In this document: piece after piece, positions 28,088 to 37,559 of the stretch
Numbering within the stretch: position 1 is the stretch's first letter
Layout of the letters: each line of letters opens with the position of its first letter
Source of the DNA: Crocinitomicaceae bacterium
Lineage (GTDB): Bacteria; Bacteroidota; Bacteroidia; Flavobacteriales_D; Sanyastnellaceae
DNA: 64,000 nt
Reading direction: 5' to 3'
Assembly: GCA_040381475.1 (NCBI GenBank)
Contig: JBEIHH010000008.1
Span: 810-64,809 of the forward strand
The notes under the pieces: model-generated
What the model saw: the letters and a program-made list of their open reading frames with translations, nothing else
Databases searched by the model: none
Told to the model about the DNA's origin: nothing
Program-made: the position numbers and the translations under genes

Positions 28088-29134
28088 TCAGATGTCAATG
28101 TGCAGTCCGATCGAATGCACTCCGGCGAAAGGATTGGTCACGCGGTATGAATAATCAAGACCGAGCAACGTTCCAGATTTTCCGGCTGGAATTTGCACAG
28201 TAAAACCACCTGCAGGACCTGTGAACGCAGTCGTACGGTCGTCGTCTGAGGTAATTTTAGCTTCGTACTGATATCCGCCGCGCAAAATAAAGCGATTGTT
28301 AAATGCATATTCCGCTCCGAAAGCAAACTGGTCACGTGTGAAAGAATTCGACGTGAACTGAAGATTCGCAGTCAGTTTTGACTTTTCACTGAAATTGAAG
28401 TCATAAGCAAAACCAACGTTTACCATCGACGGTAATTCGAACTTTTCAGATCGCATATCCACATTCAGAGAAGTGGTATTTCCTGAACCTGTAGAAATTG
28501 TTCCATCTATCGAGAGACCATCACCGCGGTAACGCATTGGCGGCCCAACATTGCGCAATGAAATTCCGAAACGCACATTGTCCTTTTCTCCCGTAACATA
28601 GCGGATACCTGCATCAAAAGCAACACCCTGAGCCTTCACATTGTAGATTGCCTCTGTCACCAGACGGGCAGTTATACCCGCATATATACTCTGAGAGAAA
28701 CCTTTGGCGTAGGACAATCCGATATTGGTGAATGTCGGCGAAAAATTACCTATACCTCCTTCAGGCAAATCGGTTTCAGTGATCATGATTTCACCGAAGC
28801 GCATGTTTGACACCGTAAGACCAAGCACACCATTTTCACCAACGCGCTGACCAAGACCAAGCGCGTTGATCTGAATACCCGTTCCAACGAGATATTGATT
28901 ATTGGAGAATGTCAGATCCGTTTTTCTGGTGAAGGCTAATCCGGCAACATTGAGCAAAGTTGCTTCTGCTCCATTTACGGACGCCATCGCTGAATTTGCC
29001 AGAGCTGAGTTCCTTGCCCACGGATTGATGAGCAACTGGCTCGCACCGGCAGATCCGGCACGGTCAGGATTTCCGGCAAATACTGATTGTGCAGCTGCCA
29101 AAGTTGCTAATACTATGATTGAGAGCTTCTTCAT
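28088..29134 (-). CDS. Outer-membrane beta-barrel of the PorV/PorQ/FadL-like superfamily
   Basis: Signal MKKLSIIVLATLAAAQSVFA. N-terminal motif AGASQLLINPWARNSALANSAMASV.GAEATLLNVAGLAF resembles PorV/FadL, followed by alternating beta-strand pattern to the C-terminus (GVHSIGLHIDI). Confidence 0.6.
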   Translation of the reverse strand: MKKLSIIVLATLAAAQSVFAGNPDRAGSAGASQLLINPWARNSALANSAMASVNGAEATLLNVAGLAFTRKTDLTFSNNQYLVGTGIQINALGLGQRVGENGVLGLTVSNMRFGEIMITETDLPEGGIGNFSPTFTNIGLSYAKGFSQSIYAGITARLVTEAIYNVKAQGVAFDAGIRYVTGEKDNVRFGISLRNVGPPMRYRGDGLSIDGTISTGSGNTTSLNVDMRSEKFELPSMVNVGFAYDFNFSEKSKLTANLQFTSNSFTRDQFAFGAEYAFNNRFILRGGYQYEAKITSDDDRTTAFTGPAGGFTVQIPAGKSGTLLGLDYSYRVTNPFAGVHSIGLHIDI

Positions 29135-29167
29135 ATCAAGCTATTGATTTCTGTGATTATTGATTTA

Positions 29168-32100
29168 TTAAAACGAGTCAAGGTCAATTGGTCGCATTAC
29201 ACCGAACCACTTCAAAATTTTCTCCCCGACATTCGGCACGTTTACGTGAATGATGTATGTACCGCTTGCGATCGGAATATTTTTCTGATTCTTTAAATCC
29301 CAATCAAGTGAAGTGGTTGGGTCACCCTTTTTGAACTGACGAATCATTGTTCCATTCAAATCATAAATTGTCACAGTACACTCAAATGGAAGATTTGTAA
29401 TCTTCACCCGGTTATCGAGCTTGTTGGTTTCATAAGTGCTGAATGCGTAATATGGATTAGGTACAATATTGATCATATCCAGCACGCTCTCCAAAGTTTC
29501 TGTGCTTCCGGTAATCGGAGCAACACTCTTTGTTGAGAATGAATAAAGATTGTTCCAATCGTTCTGAGAAGTCTCAAATGCCTCAAGCGCCACACCCTGG
29601 GCGCTATACTTTTTGTATTGCTTGGCAACTCTCAACCTTACCCGAGCTTCATTCGGAATTAATCCTTCCTCGATTGTGTTGAGTCCAAAAGCCAGAGAAG
29701 AACCAACCCATGTGCAGGCGCGATATGCTTTTTTCAGATCTCCTAATGAAAGACCGTTGTTTGAAAGCCTGTTAAACAGAAACGAACCTTCATCATATCT
29801 AGGGCAAAAATCCGCTTCAACATCTTCCTGATCAGCCGGATCGAAGAATGATTCAGAACGAATATTCTTGAATACATAAATCCAATGCTGACCACCGAAT
29901 AACGCCTGTCCATCTGATCCGTAAAGACGACCACTTGGATTCCATATCATGTCATCACCGTTCTCGCCAACAAGCCATGAGTCTTCACCGAAAGCGATAT
30001 TGAGTCTTTCACCTGTTCCCATATCGATGGCATAGCCAGGGAACCAACCCATACCCCAGTTACTTACTAATTCGCCTTCGGCTGCGACATAGCCATTGTC
30101 ACCACTTGCGCGGCCATTTTTATCGACTGAACGCGCTTTGCGGGGACGCATCTTCTCGGGATTACCAAATGCCCCGTCGAATTGATCTTCTGCCAGTTCA
30201 GAAATAGATTGCATTTCAAGAACCACGCTGCGAGTCCACTTACTCTTATCTGAAGTGAAAACGATGTCAACGTTGTTCAGTCCCTTGATATTACCGATGA
30301 ATTCTGTTCCAATGCTTGGAGAAAGGTCTCCTGCAATGTCTTCTGATGTTGGCGCGGCAATGTTCAACCACTCACCTGTAGAAAGCTGAGCAGAATAGCC
30401 TGCAAGGCAATATGGAGACCAGGTGCCGCCGAGAACTTTCTCATATACTTCACCTGCATCTGTGAGTGGTGCACCAGTTGAACCATCACCGTAGTCGGAA
30501 TAAATAGCTTCTTCTTCCGGGGTATCTTCAGCTGTTTCGACAGAACCAGCGCGAATCCAGTTCAATTCAGTGAAACCATCATTGTCAGGAATTCCACCCA
30601 ACCAAGGATTCAATGGATCTGCAAAAGCCAACTCAGCGTCCAGCAGATCAGTATAGTGACGAATCACTTCACCGTCTTCATTGAAATACTTATACTGACC
30701 CCAACTAATTGAGAAACCGTAATCAAGTATCAAATCCTCAGAAAGGGTTTCAAATGACCGATATGAAGAATCCATTTCACCTGTGGTTTCATTTTCGAGA
30801 ACCCAGTACATGAATTCAGGTTGGTAATCCTCTTCTATATTTTCGCTTGTATCGCGCAGATATAACTTGAAATCAGCAGGCTGCACACGCAAAGGATCTA
30901 CAATCTTTATACTTACAGGGCCTGCACCAGGAACATATTCTGCCTGATCGATAGTATATGGAGGTGACATCAATGCAGATTCAGTAGCAGCCGACAGTGC
31001 AAGCAGGTTGGTTCCGTTGCCGGTTCCTTCAATTCTTGTGATGGGCACTCCACTTCCGTATTCTGAGTTAATGATTGTACCACCTGCCTCAGGACTAACG
31101 TTGTGAGGAATAGCAGCAATTCGTTGCACCGCTCCTACCGCACTCTTACGTGAAGCCTTGAATACATCATCCTGACCAGTGCCAAATGCCACATTGTACT
31201 CTTCATAGTTGTTATATCCATATGCAATTACCATGAAATAATATGTCTTGTGATTGATAAGAGCGTTCGACCCTAAAGCGAATGCATCTGTAGTTATTCT
31301 GAATGAAGTCTGGATTCCGAGGTTTTCACCTTGAACCATCAAAGATGGAGTGATGAGACCGGTGGTTTGATCACGATTATAGTTGATGATATTGGTGACA
31401 TCGTTCTGTACGTCACATTGCGCGATAAGTCTTGCTTTTGTTACTTCACTTAAATCCGCATTGCTTACTTCATCGTTGAGCAACTGATAAACGAGGTATC
31501 CTTCAAAACGATAGCTGCGTTCTTCATCAGAATAACTATCAGGAATAGATGGGTCAAATTCAAAATATTCTTCTCGGTAGTTGTTCGAGCCCGGATTGTT
31601 ATTTGAAAGCATCAGAATAATTTCACGATCCAATTCCTGTACTGCAACATCCGGAGCATCAGGACCATTCACCAATTCGAAACAATTGTCGAACAGTGAT
31701 TGCGCTTTATCATCAGCAAGACGCAACAATCCTACGCTTTCATATGGATCGCCACCAATAGAACGGGCCCAAACCACACCTAGTGTAATGTTGTTGTAGT
31801 CGCCTGGTTCAAGTGTAAATGGTCCTGCAGACTGAATGAAACGACGGTCACCCAACTGGTTTCCTGCTGTCTGCTCAGTCCATGGAATTGACGATGCAGG
31901 AGGCGGTGTGCCAAAAGTACTCCAATTAAATGGGTCTGTATCGCCGGGGAACATATACTGTGCAGGAAGTCCAGATATTACACCGGCTCCTGAAGAACCA
32001 TTTCCTCCGAAAAGCATTTCCTGACCGTTCTTCCAAATACCACGCATGTAGTTGTAATAATGCTGGGGAGTATTTGGTTCACCAAAAGTCTGATTCTGAT

Positions 32101-33397
32101 TGTTCAGATAATAAACGAACCGGCGCATTCCGAAACGCTCATTATCCACGATAGAATCTCCATATCCAATTCCAAGGCCTTTGTAAGGAATTCCAAGAGA
32201 ATCGATGGCTGCAAGAATATCCGTAGTGAGCGGATTCGCAAGGGAGTCAGAATCCTGATATGGTCCTTCGAAAAAGTCAACACCAACCGCCGGAGGATTA
32301 GCGCCATAACCAAGAGATCCAAGTCCTGCCTCATCAAAAGCATCACCATTGTAGCAATAACCGAGTCCACGCTGCACGTCGCAACCCACATAGTCATCAT
32401 TTGCAAAACCCATGTCAGGATCCACCCAAGAACCGAAATAAGTTTCGGTGAGAGTTTGTGAACCCTGATTGATCAGCACATAATTCAGGAAGGTCATATT
32501 GTTCACTTCATCGTTGGTAGTGAAAGCAAAAGCCTGCGCTCTTACTTCCATTCCGATGGCCTGACCTTGCGATTCGGTGTGAATATTTCCTTTATCGTTG
32601 AAGATCCAGTAATAAGTCTGGTCACCAAACAATGGAATCTGATCTTCACGACGACGCTGAGCGCAATCAATTTCGCGTTTGTAGTCATACCAAGGGTAAT
32701 CACCTAATTCAGGCTCATACACACCATTGGTGTTGAAGTCTTTGAACGGAGCCAGATAGAAATCCTGACCTGCAGCTGTGTTACCATGCGCCGGATATGA
32801 CAAAAAATAACTTGGCATGGTGTAACCGTCGGGAAATACTTCAGCTATTGCTTCGGGAGATGCGCCACTTACAACAAGTTCCCAATAGGTATTGTGACGA
32901 ATTGCATCCTCCTTCAGCGAAACACTGAATTTATCATATTGAATACAAGTTTCAGCAGTAACCTCAGCTGTTCCATCATTGGTTAGCGGGCCTGTCCAAT
33001 AATCATTTCCATCAGCGCGGAATTTAACCGCTGCAAGCTTCAGGGTTTGGTCGAGAGACCTTCCACCCATCCAGAGTCCTCCTGCATAAATCGCTGAAAC
33101 GCCACCACCCTTCGGTACTTCATAAGCGGCAGTTCCATCTGCACGATTCTGCCACATGTTTCCACCGGTTTCGATAGTTGCCCTCACGTTATTCCACTCA
33201 AGATCCAGCAGTGCGGTTGCCGGTGCACAAGATGCAGCGCGAACCTCTTCATCCTGCGCATTGCCGCCATTATTGGTAGCAATGCCCGGACCGGAACCCT
33301 GCGAACCGCCAACGTATTTATACGCCGATGCGGTAATTGACATAAAAAGTGCAAGTGCGAATGTGCTTACTTTCTGAACTATATTCATATTCACCAT
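29168..33397 (-). CDS. 1409-aa secreted protein of unknown function with T9SS/FlgD-Ig-like C-terminal domain
   Basis: Signal ...FALALFMSITASA. No catalytic motif recognised. The last ~95 aa are IVPNPYYAFSTYE...VKITNLPFECTVTIYDLNGTMIRQF...LDWDLKNQKNIPIASGTYIIHVNV. Confidence 0.7.
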   Translation of the reverse strand: MVNMNIVQKVSTFALALFMSITASAYKYVGGSQGSGPGIATNNGGNAQDEEVRAASCAPATALLDLEWNNVRATIETGGNMWQNRADGTAAYEVPKGGGVSAIYAGGLWMGGRSLDQTLKLAAVKFRADGNDYWTGPLTNDGTAEVTAETCIQYDKFSVSLKEDAIRHNTYWELVVSGASPEAIAEVFPDGYTMPSYFLSYPAHGNTAAGQDFYLAPFKDFNTNGVYEPELGDYPWYDYKREIDCAQRRREDQIPLFGDQTYYWIFNDKGNIHTESQGQAIGMEVRAQAFAFTTNDEVNNMTFLNYVLINQGSQTLTETYFGSWVDPDMGFANDDYVGCDVQRGLGYCYNGDAFDEAGLGSLGYGANPPAVGVDFFEGPYQDSDSLANPLTTDILAAIDSLGIPYKGLGIGYGDSIVDNERFGMRRFVYYLNNQNQTFGEPNTPQHYYNYMRGIWKNGQEMLFGGNGSSGAGVISGLPAQYMFPGDTDPFNWSTFGTPPPASSIPWTEQTAGNQLGDRRFIQSAGPFTLEPGDYNNITLGVVWARSIGGDPYESVGLLRLADDKAQSLFDNCFELVNGPDAPDVAVQELDREIILMLSNNNPGSNNYREEYFEFDPSIPDSYSDEERSYRFEGYLVYQLLNDEVSNADLSEVTKARLIAQCDVQNDVTNIINYNRDQTTGLITPSLMVQGENLGIQTSFRITTDAFALGSNALINHKTYYFMVIAYGYNNYEEYNVAFGTGQDDVFKASRKSAVGAVQRIAAIPHNVSPEAGGTIINSEYGSGVPITRIEGTGNGTNLLALSAATESALMSPPYTIDQAEYVPGAGPVSIKIVDPLRVQPADFKLYLRDTSENIEEDYQPEFMYWVLENETTGEMDSSYRSFETLSEDLILDYGFSISWGQYKYFNEDGEVIRHYTDLLDAELAFADPLNPWLGGIPDNDGFTELNWIRAGSVETAEDTPEEEAIYSDYGDGSTGAPLTDAGEVYEKVLGGTWSPYCLAGYSAQLSTGEWLNIAAPTSEDIAGDLSPSIGTEFIGNIKGLNNVDIVFTSDKSKWTRSVVLEMQSISELAEDQFDGAFGNPEKMRPRKARSVDKNGRASGDNGYVAAEGELVSNWGMGWFPGYAIDMGTGERLNIAFGEDSWLVGENGDDMIWNPSGRLYGSDGQALFGGQHWIYVFKNIRSESFFDPADQEDVEADFCPRYDEGSFLFNRLSNNGLSLGDLKKAYRACTWVGSSLAFGLNTIEEGLIPNEARVRLRVAKQYKKYSAQGVALEAFETSQNDWNNLYSFSTKSVAPITGSTETLESVLDMINIVPNPYYAFSTYETNKLDNRVKITNLPFECTVTIYDLNGTMIRQFKKGDPTTSLDWDLKNQKNIPIASGTYIIHVNVPNVGEKILKWFGVMRPIDLDSF

Positions 33398-33427
33398 TTG
33401 TTGAATTCTATTCTTGAAATTTAATCT

Positions 33428-36400
33428 TTAAAAATCCAGTCTTACACCAAGACGTATCTGACGAGGCTGCCCGAGACGATTTGGATCATTCACGAACATG
33501 CTGTAGTAATTGCGGAAACTATCCGGATCATTCTGTTGTTCAATAATCTGTTGAGCCTGAGCTGATGCCAGATAACCATCATCCTCCGCAATACCAGTGA
33601 AGCGGTGCACAGCGCGGATATTTTTCGTGTTCAAAAGGTTGGTTACCCAGAGATATACGTTCAGACTTGCAGTCTTTTTCTTTTCTCCATCCTTGCCAAA
33701 CTGCAGGTTGAAATTGCGGTCAGCATTGAAGTCAACTGTAAACTGCCATGGAAGACGAGCTCCGTTGATTGTTCCTTCGGTGCTTGGTGTAATCTCTCCG
33801 GTTACAGGAGTGGCAAACTGCTGAGGTGTGTATGGAGTACCTGAACCCAGATTAGCAATAAAGTTAAATCCGGTGTTACCGAATACTTCGAATTCTCCGA
33901 TGCGTGGACCATTGTAATCAGACCCTCCGCCAAAACGATAATCAGTTGTCAAAATGATTCTGTGACGCTGATCATAGTTGAATGGATTGATGCTGCGTAA
34001 GTTTGGAATACCGGCGTTGATAAGTGCTGCCTGAGATTGGGTAGTTGAACCTGTTCCATCGGCAAACTGCAATGTGTAGGAAGCGTTCATCCTTACGTTA
34101 CCCGTGCGGCGGAGATCGTAAGTAATAGTCAATCCCTTTACAGTTCCAAAGTCGATGTTGTCGAATGCGCGGTAGGCAGTAGGATATGCACCCTGGAACT
34201 TCCTGATTTGAATCATGTTTCTCAATTCGCGGTAGAAAGCTTCAATTTTCAAAGATGAAGTTTTCGAAAGTACCTGCTGGAATCCAAGTGCATAGTCCAC
34301 CGTTCTTTCAGGCTTCAAGGCCGGATTGTTGATCAACGGATTGTTTTGGAATCTCATATTCAGATAATCCGTTGGGTCGAAGCGTGAACGCTCAACAGGA
34401 CGCTGGGTCAATACATCATAGTGAGCGAAGAATGTTGCCTCATCAGAAATCGGGAACGAAAATGCGATACGCGGCATAATGTTCACAGCCGGCTTGTAAT
34501 CTTCGAAAGCACCAGAAGTCAAAGGAGCATCTTTGTTTACTTTCAAATATGGTTTTGGATTGCTTGAACCACCAATTACTGATGGGTCGGCTACCAACTG
34601 ACCTATTGCATTGTACCAGTCGTTGCCATCGCGATATCCCAAGATGCTTGTTGGATTGTTCAAGTCATCCACGTACACAACATAGTCATCTCCGATGTTG
34701 GAAGGATGAGCTCCTAATGTGCTCACTTCTCCGGCAGTAAACGCCTCACTTACAACAAATGCATCCTTCAGTACCGGCTGATTGGCATCATAACGGTCAA
34801 TACGCACACCGAGGTTGAAAATCAGGTCATCGAACGCGAATTTATCCATGATATAACCTGAGGTATAAATTGGTTCGAACGCACCGATCGGACGAGAGAA
34901 ATAGCTTCTTCCACCTACCTGATATGTTTGTGAGAAGAAATCCTCAATAGTGGGCTTGCGGCCGGTGAGTTTGTTTCCATGGTGATCGTATCCGTAATAC
35001 GATACATACTGATTGCCCTGATTTAACAATTCATCAGGATTGAACATATCAATACTCAAGAATTCCGGATCCAGATTGTCTACGTTCAGGTAATCCCCGC
35101 CGCGTGGATCGAGTCCGAGCGCTTCACGAAGATTGTAATCAAATTCGGCCTGATTGGTTTCACCGACAGCAGTATTGTAATAAACGTAATAATATCCATC
35201 GCGGTAAACTATGGTAGAATCATAACCTACACCTTGATTGTCGATCTTTTCAATGTGTGAATTCGCAGTCAGACGTGCCAGTGTCCAGAGACCAACCGGT
35301 GCGACTGAATAACCTGCATCGCGGCGCTGCTCAAATTCGAATCCAAGCTGAATAGCGTGGTCACCAATGTCGGCAGAACCGGATCCACTAACGCGGAACT
35401 GGCCTGTCGTTCCCACAGAATAGTTGTTGCTCTGTGTTCCGATGTAGCTCCACAAACCATAAGTACCAATTGGACTATCACCATTGCGAAGACCATTTGC
35501 AGCCGTGATATTGTTCAAAGTTGAAGAAGGGCTTGCACCCAAAGCATTGATGATACCCTGCTGATCCAAGAATATCTGATTGCGGTCGCGGATTAAATTG
35601 CCATTGGCATCAGTCAATAATGCCTGAGCTAACCCAAATGTCGGAAACTGCTCAGCACCGACAAAATACTGACTGGTAATTGAAGCCAAATCAGGATTGT
35701 AATCAGAAGGTGTGTAAAGGATATTCATATCCTGAAAACCTGTTTGCTGAAACCATGAGTTGTACAGCGGATTTACCTGATAGGTATTCCCCTGCAAAAT
35801 ATCAAAGTAACCCACGTGACCATATTTGAATAATTGATCACCATGAGTATCATCCTCACTTCTACCTGTTGTGCGGGTGTAATCGACCATTACACTGTAG
35901 AAGATATTGCGGAGATTTGATGACTTGGATTCTTCGCCATCTGCATTCTTGAAACGCTGGCTGAATTTCACATAAGCCCTCCAATCCAGATTGGTGTTCA
36001 ACTGGTTGTTTTCCCAATTCATCAATGAATTACCTCTGGCCCCGTCATAACCGCGATTGAAAGCTGCTGTTCCGCCAAGGGTCAAAGTCATGTTCTCAGT
36101 CGTGTTCACGTCAATCTTGGCAACGAGATTGGCTGAACGATTTCTAACATTCATCCTTGTTGGAGTCGTTTCAAAATCGGCGGGTGTAAAGAAGTCAGCA
36201 TTGTAAAGCACACCTGTAACATTTCCGGCTTCATCCAGATTTGGTCTGATTGGATTGGCCAGCAAACTTTGGCGCGAAGCTTCTTTCATGCGAACAACTC
36301 CGCCAAACTGAGCATCACCGTCTACGATATCCGTATAGTTACCTGAAACAAAGAATCCGAGAAGTGGGCGCGTTTTTTCGCCACTTTCATTTTTCTTAAA

Positions 36401-37201
36401 AACCAGTGGGCCGGAAAGAGATCCTTCCAGAAGGTTATAACCGAATTTATCCAGACCGCGCACTTCATCTCCAACCATAAAGCCGGAAGTAATAGCTTCA
36501 ACTCCCCCGGTAAACTTTGACGAAGCATTTCGAAGAGAAACGTTGATTACACCACCGGTCGCGTCACCGATATTAGCTGGAATACCACCTGTAATTACCG
36601 ATATTTCTTCAACAGCAGACTTAGGTAGTGCTGAAGAACCGCGAACTTTTATACCATCGATATAAATCCAGGTTGAACCCTCACGGGCACCGCGGATAGA
36701 AATACCACCACCAGTATCGGTAGCACCGGCAACTGTTGTTGCAAGACCTGATACCGAACGGCTAGGCATATTCTTCAAATCCTCCCGGGTAATTGTACCC
36801 CCTGAAGATCCGCCATCCTTGTCGATCAAAGGGACCTTGTAATCATAAACCTCAACGGTGGTCAATTCCACACCGGCGAGCATCTGGGCATCAAGATCGG
36901 TGATTTTACCAGACTTAATGAGCACGCCCTTTGTTGTCTGAGGCTGATAGCCTACAAACTGGAAGGTCACGTCATAGGTACCTGGTTCCAGAGGTTTAAT
37001 GGAATACTTTCCATCAAAATCCGTGGTTCCCCCGTTGACCACATTCCCGTTTAGTGCAACGGTGACCGTTACATAAGGAAGGGGTTCTTTTGTGTCCTTG
37101 TCTACAACAGTTCCGTTAAGCGATCCCACATTGGTTTGAGCCAGGGATGCAGTTGCAGCGAAAAAAATAAGTGCAAGTAATGCGTAAAACTTTTTCTCCA
37201 T
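33428..37201 (-). CDS. Oversized (1257 aa) TonB-dependent-receptor-type outer-membrane barrel with CarboxypepD_reg N-domain
   Basis: GTVVDKDTKEPLPYVTVTV...GKYSIKPLEPGTYDVTFQFVGY, plug ...GGISIRGAREGSTWIYIDGIKV...ISVITGGIPANIGDATGGVINV and C-terminal ...RLGVRLDF. Confidence 0.8.
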   Translation of the reverse strand: MEKKFYALLALIFFAATASLAQTNVGSLNGTVVDKDTKEPLPYVTVTVALNGNVVNGGTTDFDGKYSIKPLEPGTYDVTFQFVGYQPQTTKGVLIKSGKITDLDAQMLAGVELTTVEVYDYKVPLIDKDGGSSGGTITREDLKNMPSRSVSGLATTVAGATDTGGGISIRGAREGSTWIYIDGIKVRGSSALPKSAVEEISVITGGIPANIGDATGGVINVSLRNASSKFTGGVEAITSGFMVGDEVRGLDKFGYNLLEGSLSGPLVFKKNESGEKTRPLLGFFVSGNYTDIVDGDAQFGGVVRMKEASRQSLLANPIRPNLDEAGNVTGVLYNADFFTPADFETTPTRMNVRNRSANLVAKIDVNTTENMTLTLGGTAAFNRGYDGARGNSLMNWENNQLNTNLDWRAYVKFSQRFKNADGEESKSSNLRNIFYSVMVDYTRTTGRSEDDTHGDQLFKYGHVGYFDILQGNTYQVNPLYNSWFQQTGFQDMNILYTPSDYNPDLASITSQYFVGAEQFPTFGLAQALLTDANGNLIRDRNQIFLDQQGIINALGASPSSTLNNITAANGLRNGDSPIGTYGLWSYIGTQSNNYSVGTTGQFRVSGSGSADIGDHAIQLGFEFEQRRDAGYSVAPVGLWTLARLTANSHIEKIDNQGVGYDSTIVYRDGYYYVYYNTAVGETNQAEFDYNLREALGLDPRGGDYLNVDNLDPEFLSIDMFNPDELLNQGNQYVSYYGYDHHGNKLTGRKPTIEDFFSQTYQVGGRSYFSRPIGAFEPIYTSGYIMDKFAFDDLIFNLGVRIDRYDANQPVLKDAFVVSEAFTAGEVSTLGAHPSNIGDDYVVYVDDLNNPTSILGYRDGNDWYNAIGQLVADPSVIGGSSNPKPYLKVNKDAPLTSGAFEDYKPAVNIMPRIAFSFPISDEATFFAHYDVLTQRPVERSRFDPTDYLNMRFQNNPLINNPALKPERTVDYALGFQQVLSKTSSLKIEAFYRELRNMIQIRKFQGAYPTAYRAFDNIDFGTVKGLTITYDLRRTGNVRMNASYTLQFADGTGSTTQSQAALINAGIPNLRSINPFNYDQRHRIILTTDYRFGGGSDYNGPRIGEFEVFGNTGFNFIANLGSGTPYTPQQFATPVTGEITPSTEGTINGARLPWQFTVDFNADRNFNLQFGKDGEKKKTASLNVYLWVTNLLNTKNIRAVHRFTGIAEDDGYLASAQAQQIIEQQNDPDSFRNYYSMFVNDPNRLGQPRQIRLGVRLDF

Positions 37202-37397
37202 AGGAGACTGATTAAGGTGTTTTTAATAAACTGGTCTAAAAAACAAGCGGGCGCTAAAATATCTAAAGTCGATACATTTTTAACACCCGTTTTCCGTCAA
37301 AGGATCGCAAAGAACAAAGGATTTTTGGTTTTTCACAAATCTTTTTTTCTTCGAAATACAACTAACTGAAAACCTGTAATTTGCTAAAAAATGCAAA

Positions 37398-37405
37398 CAA
37401 ATTTA
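37398..37405 (-). promoter_or_regulatory. Putative -7 box (TAAATTTG on the minus strand), ~195 nt upstream of the barrel gene ATG
   Basis: The only perfect TAnnTTTG match I found on the minus strand in the 358-bp gap 37202-37559. Confidence 0.3.
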
Positions 37406-37559
37406 CGCAACCTTATCCCCCAAGATTAAAAAACTGGTCGGCACAAAAACCCAAAAATTACATTTCAGCAGGGTCTAAAAATGCCGTTGCTTCAAATGTT
37501 GAATACGAAAATGAACTGAGAAGTGCCGGAATTTGATTCACCGGGTGATTAGAGACTTT

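Noticed and set aside
29168-33397. Whether the 1409-aa protein is PorU, the T9SS C-terminal signal peptidase, given the porU-porV-like gene order.
   Set aside because: I could not find C25/gingipain-like catalytic His (GHG-type) or Cys motifs. The adjacent barrel also lacks the canonical PorV N-terminal motif (NPAK-type). An HMM search is still needed, so this remains listed as a refutation test.
33428-37201. SusC/SusD polysaccharide utilisation locus.
   Set aside because: No SusD/RagB-like lipoprotein and no glycoside hydrolase or regulator genes follow the barrel gene.
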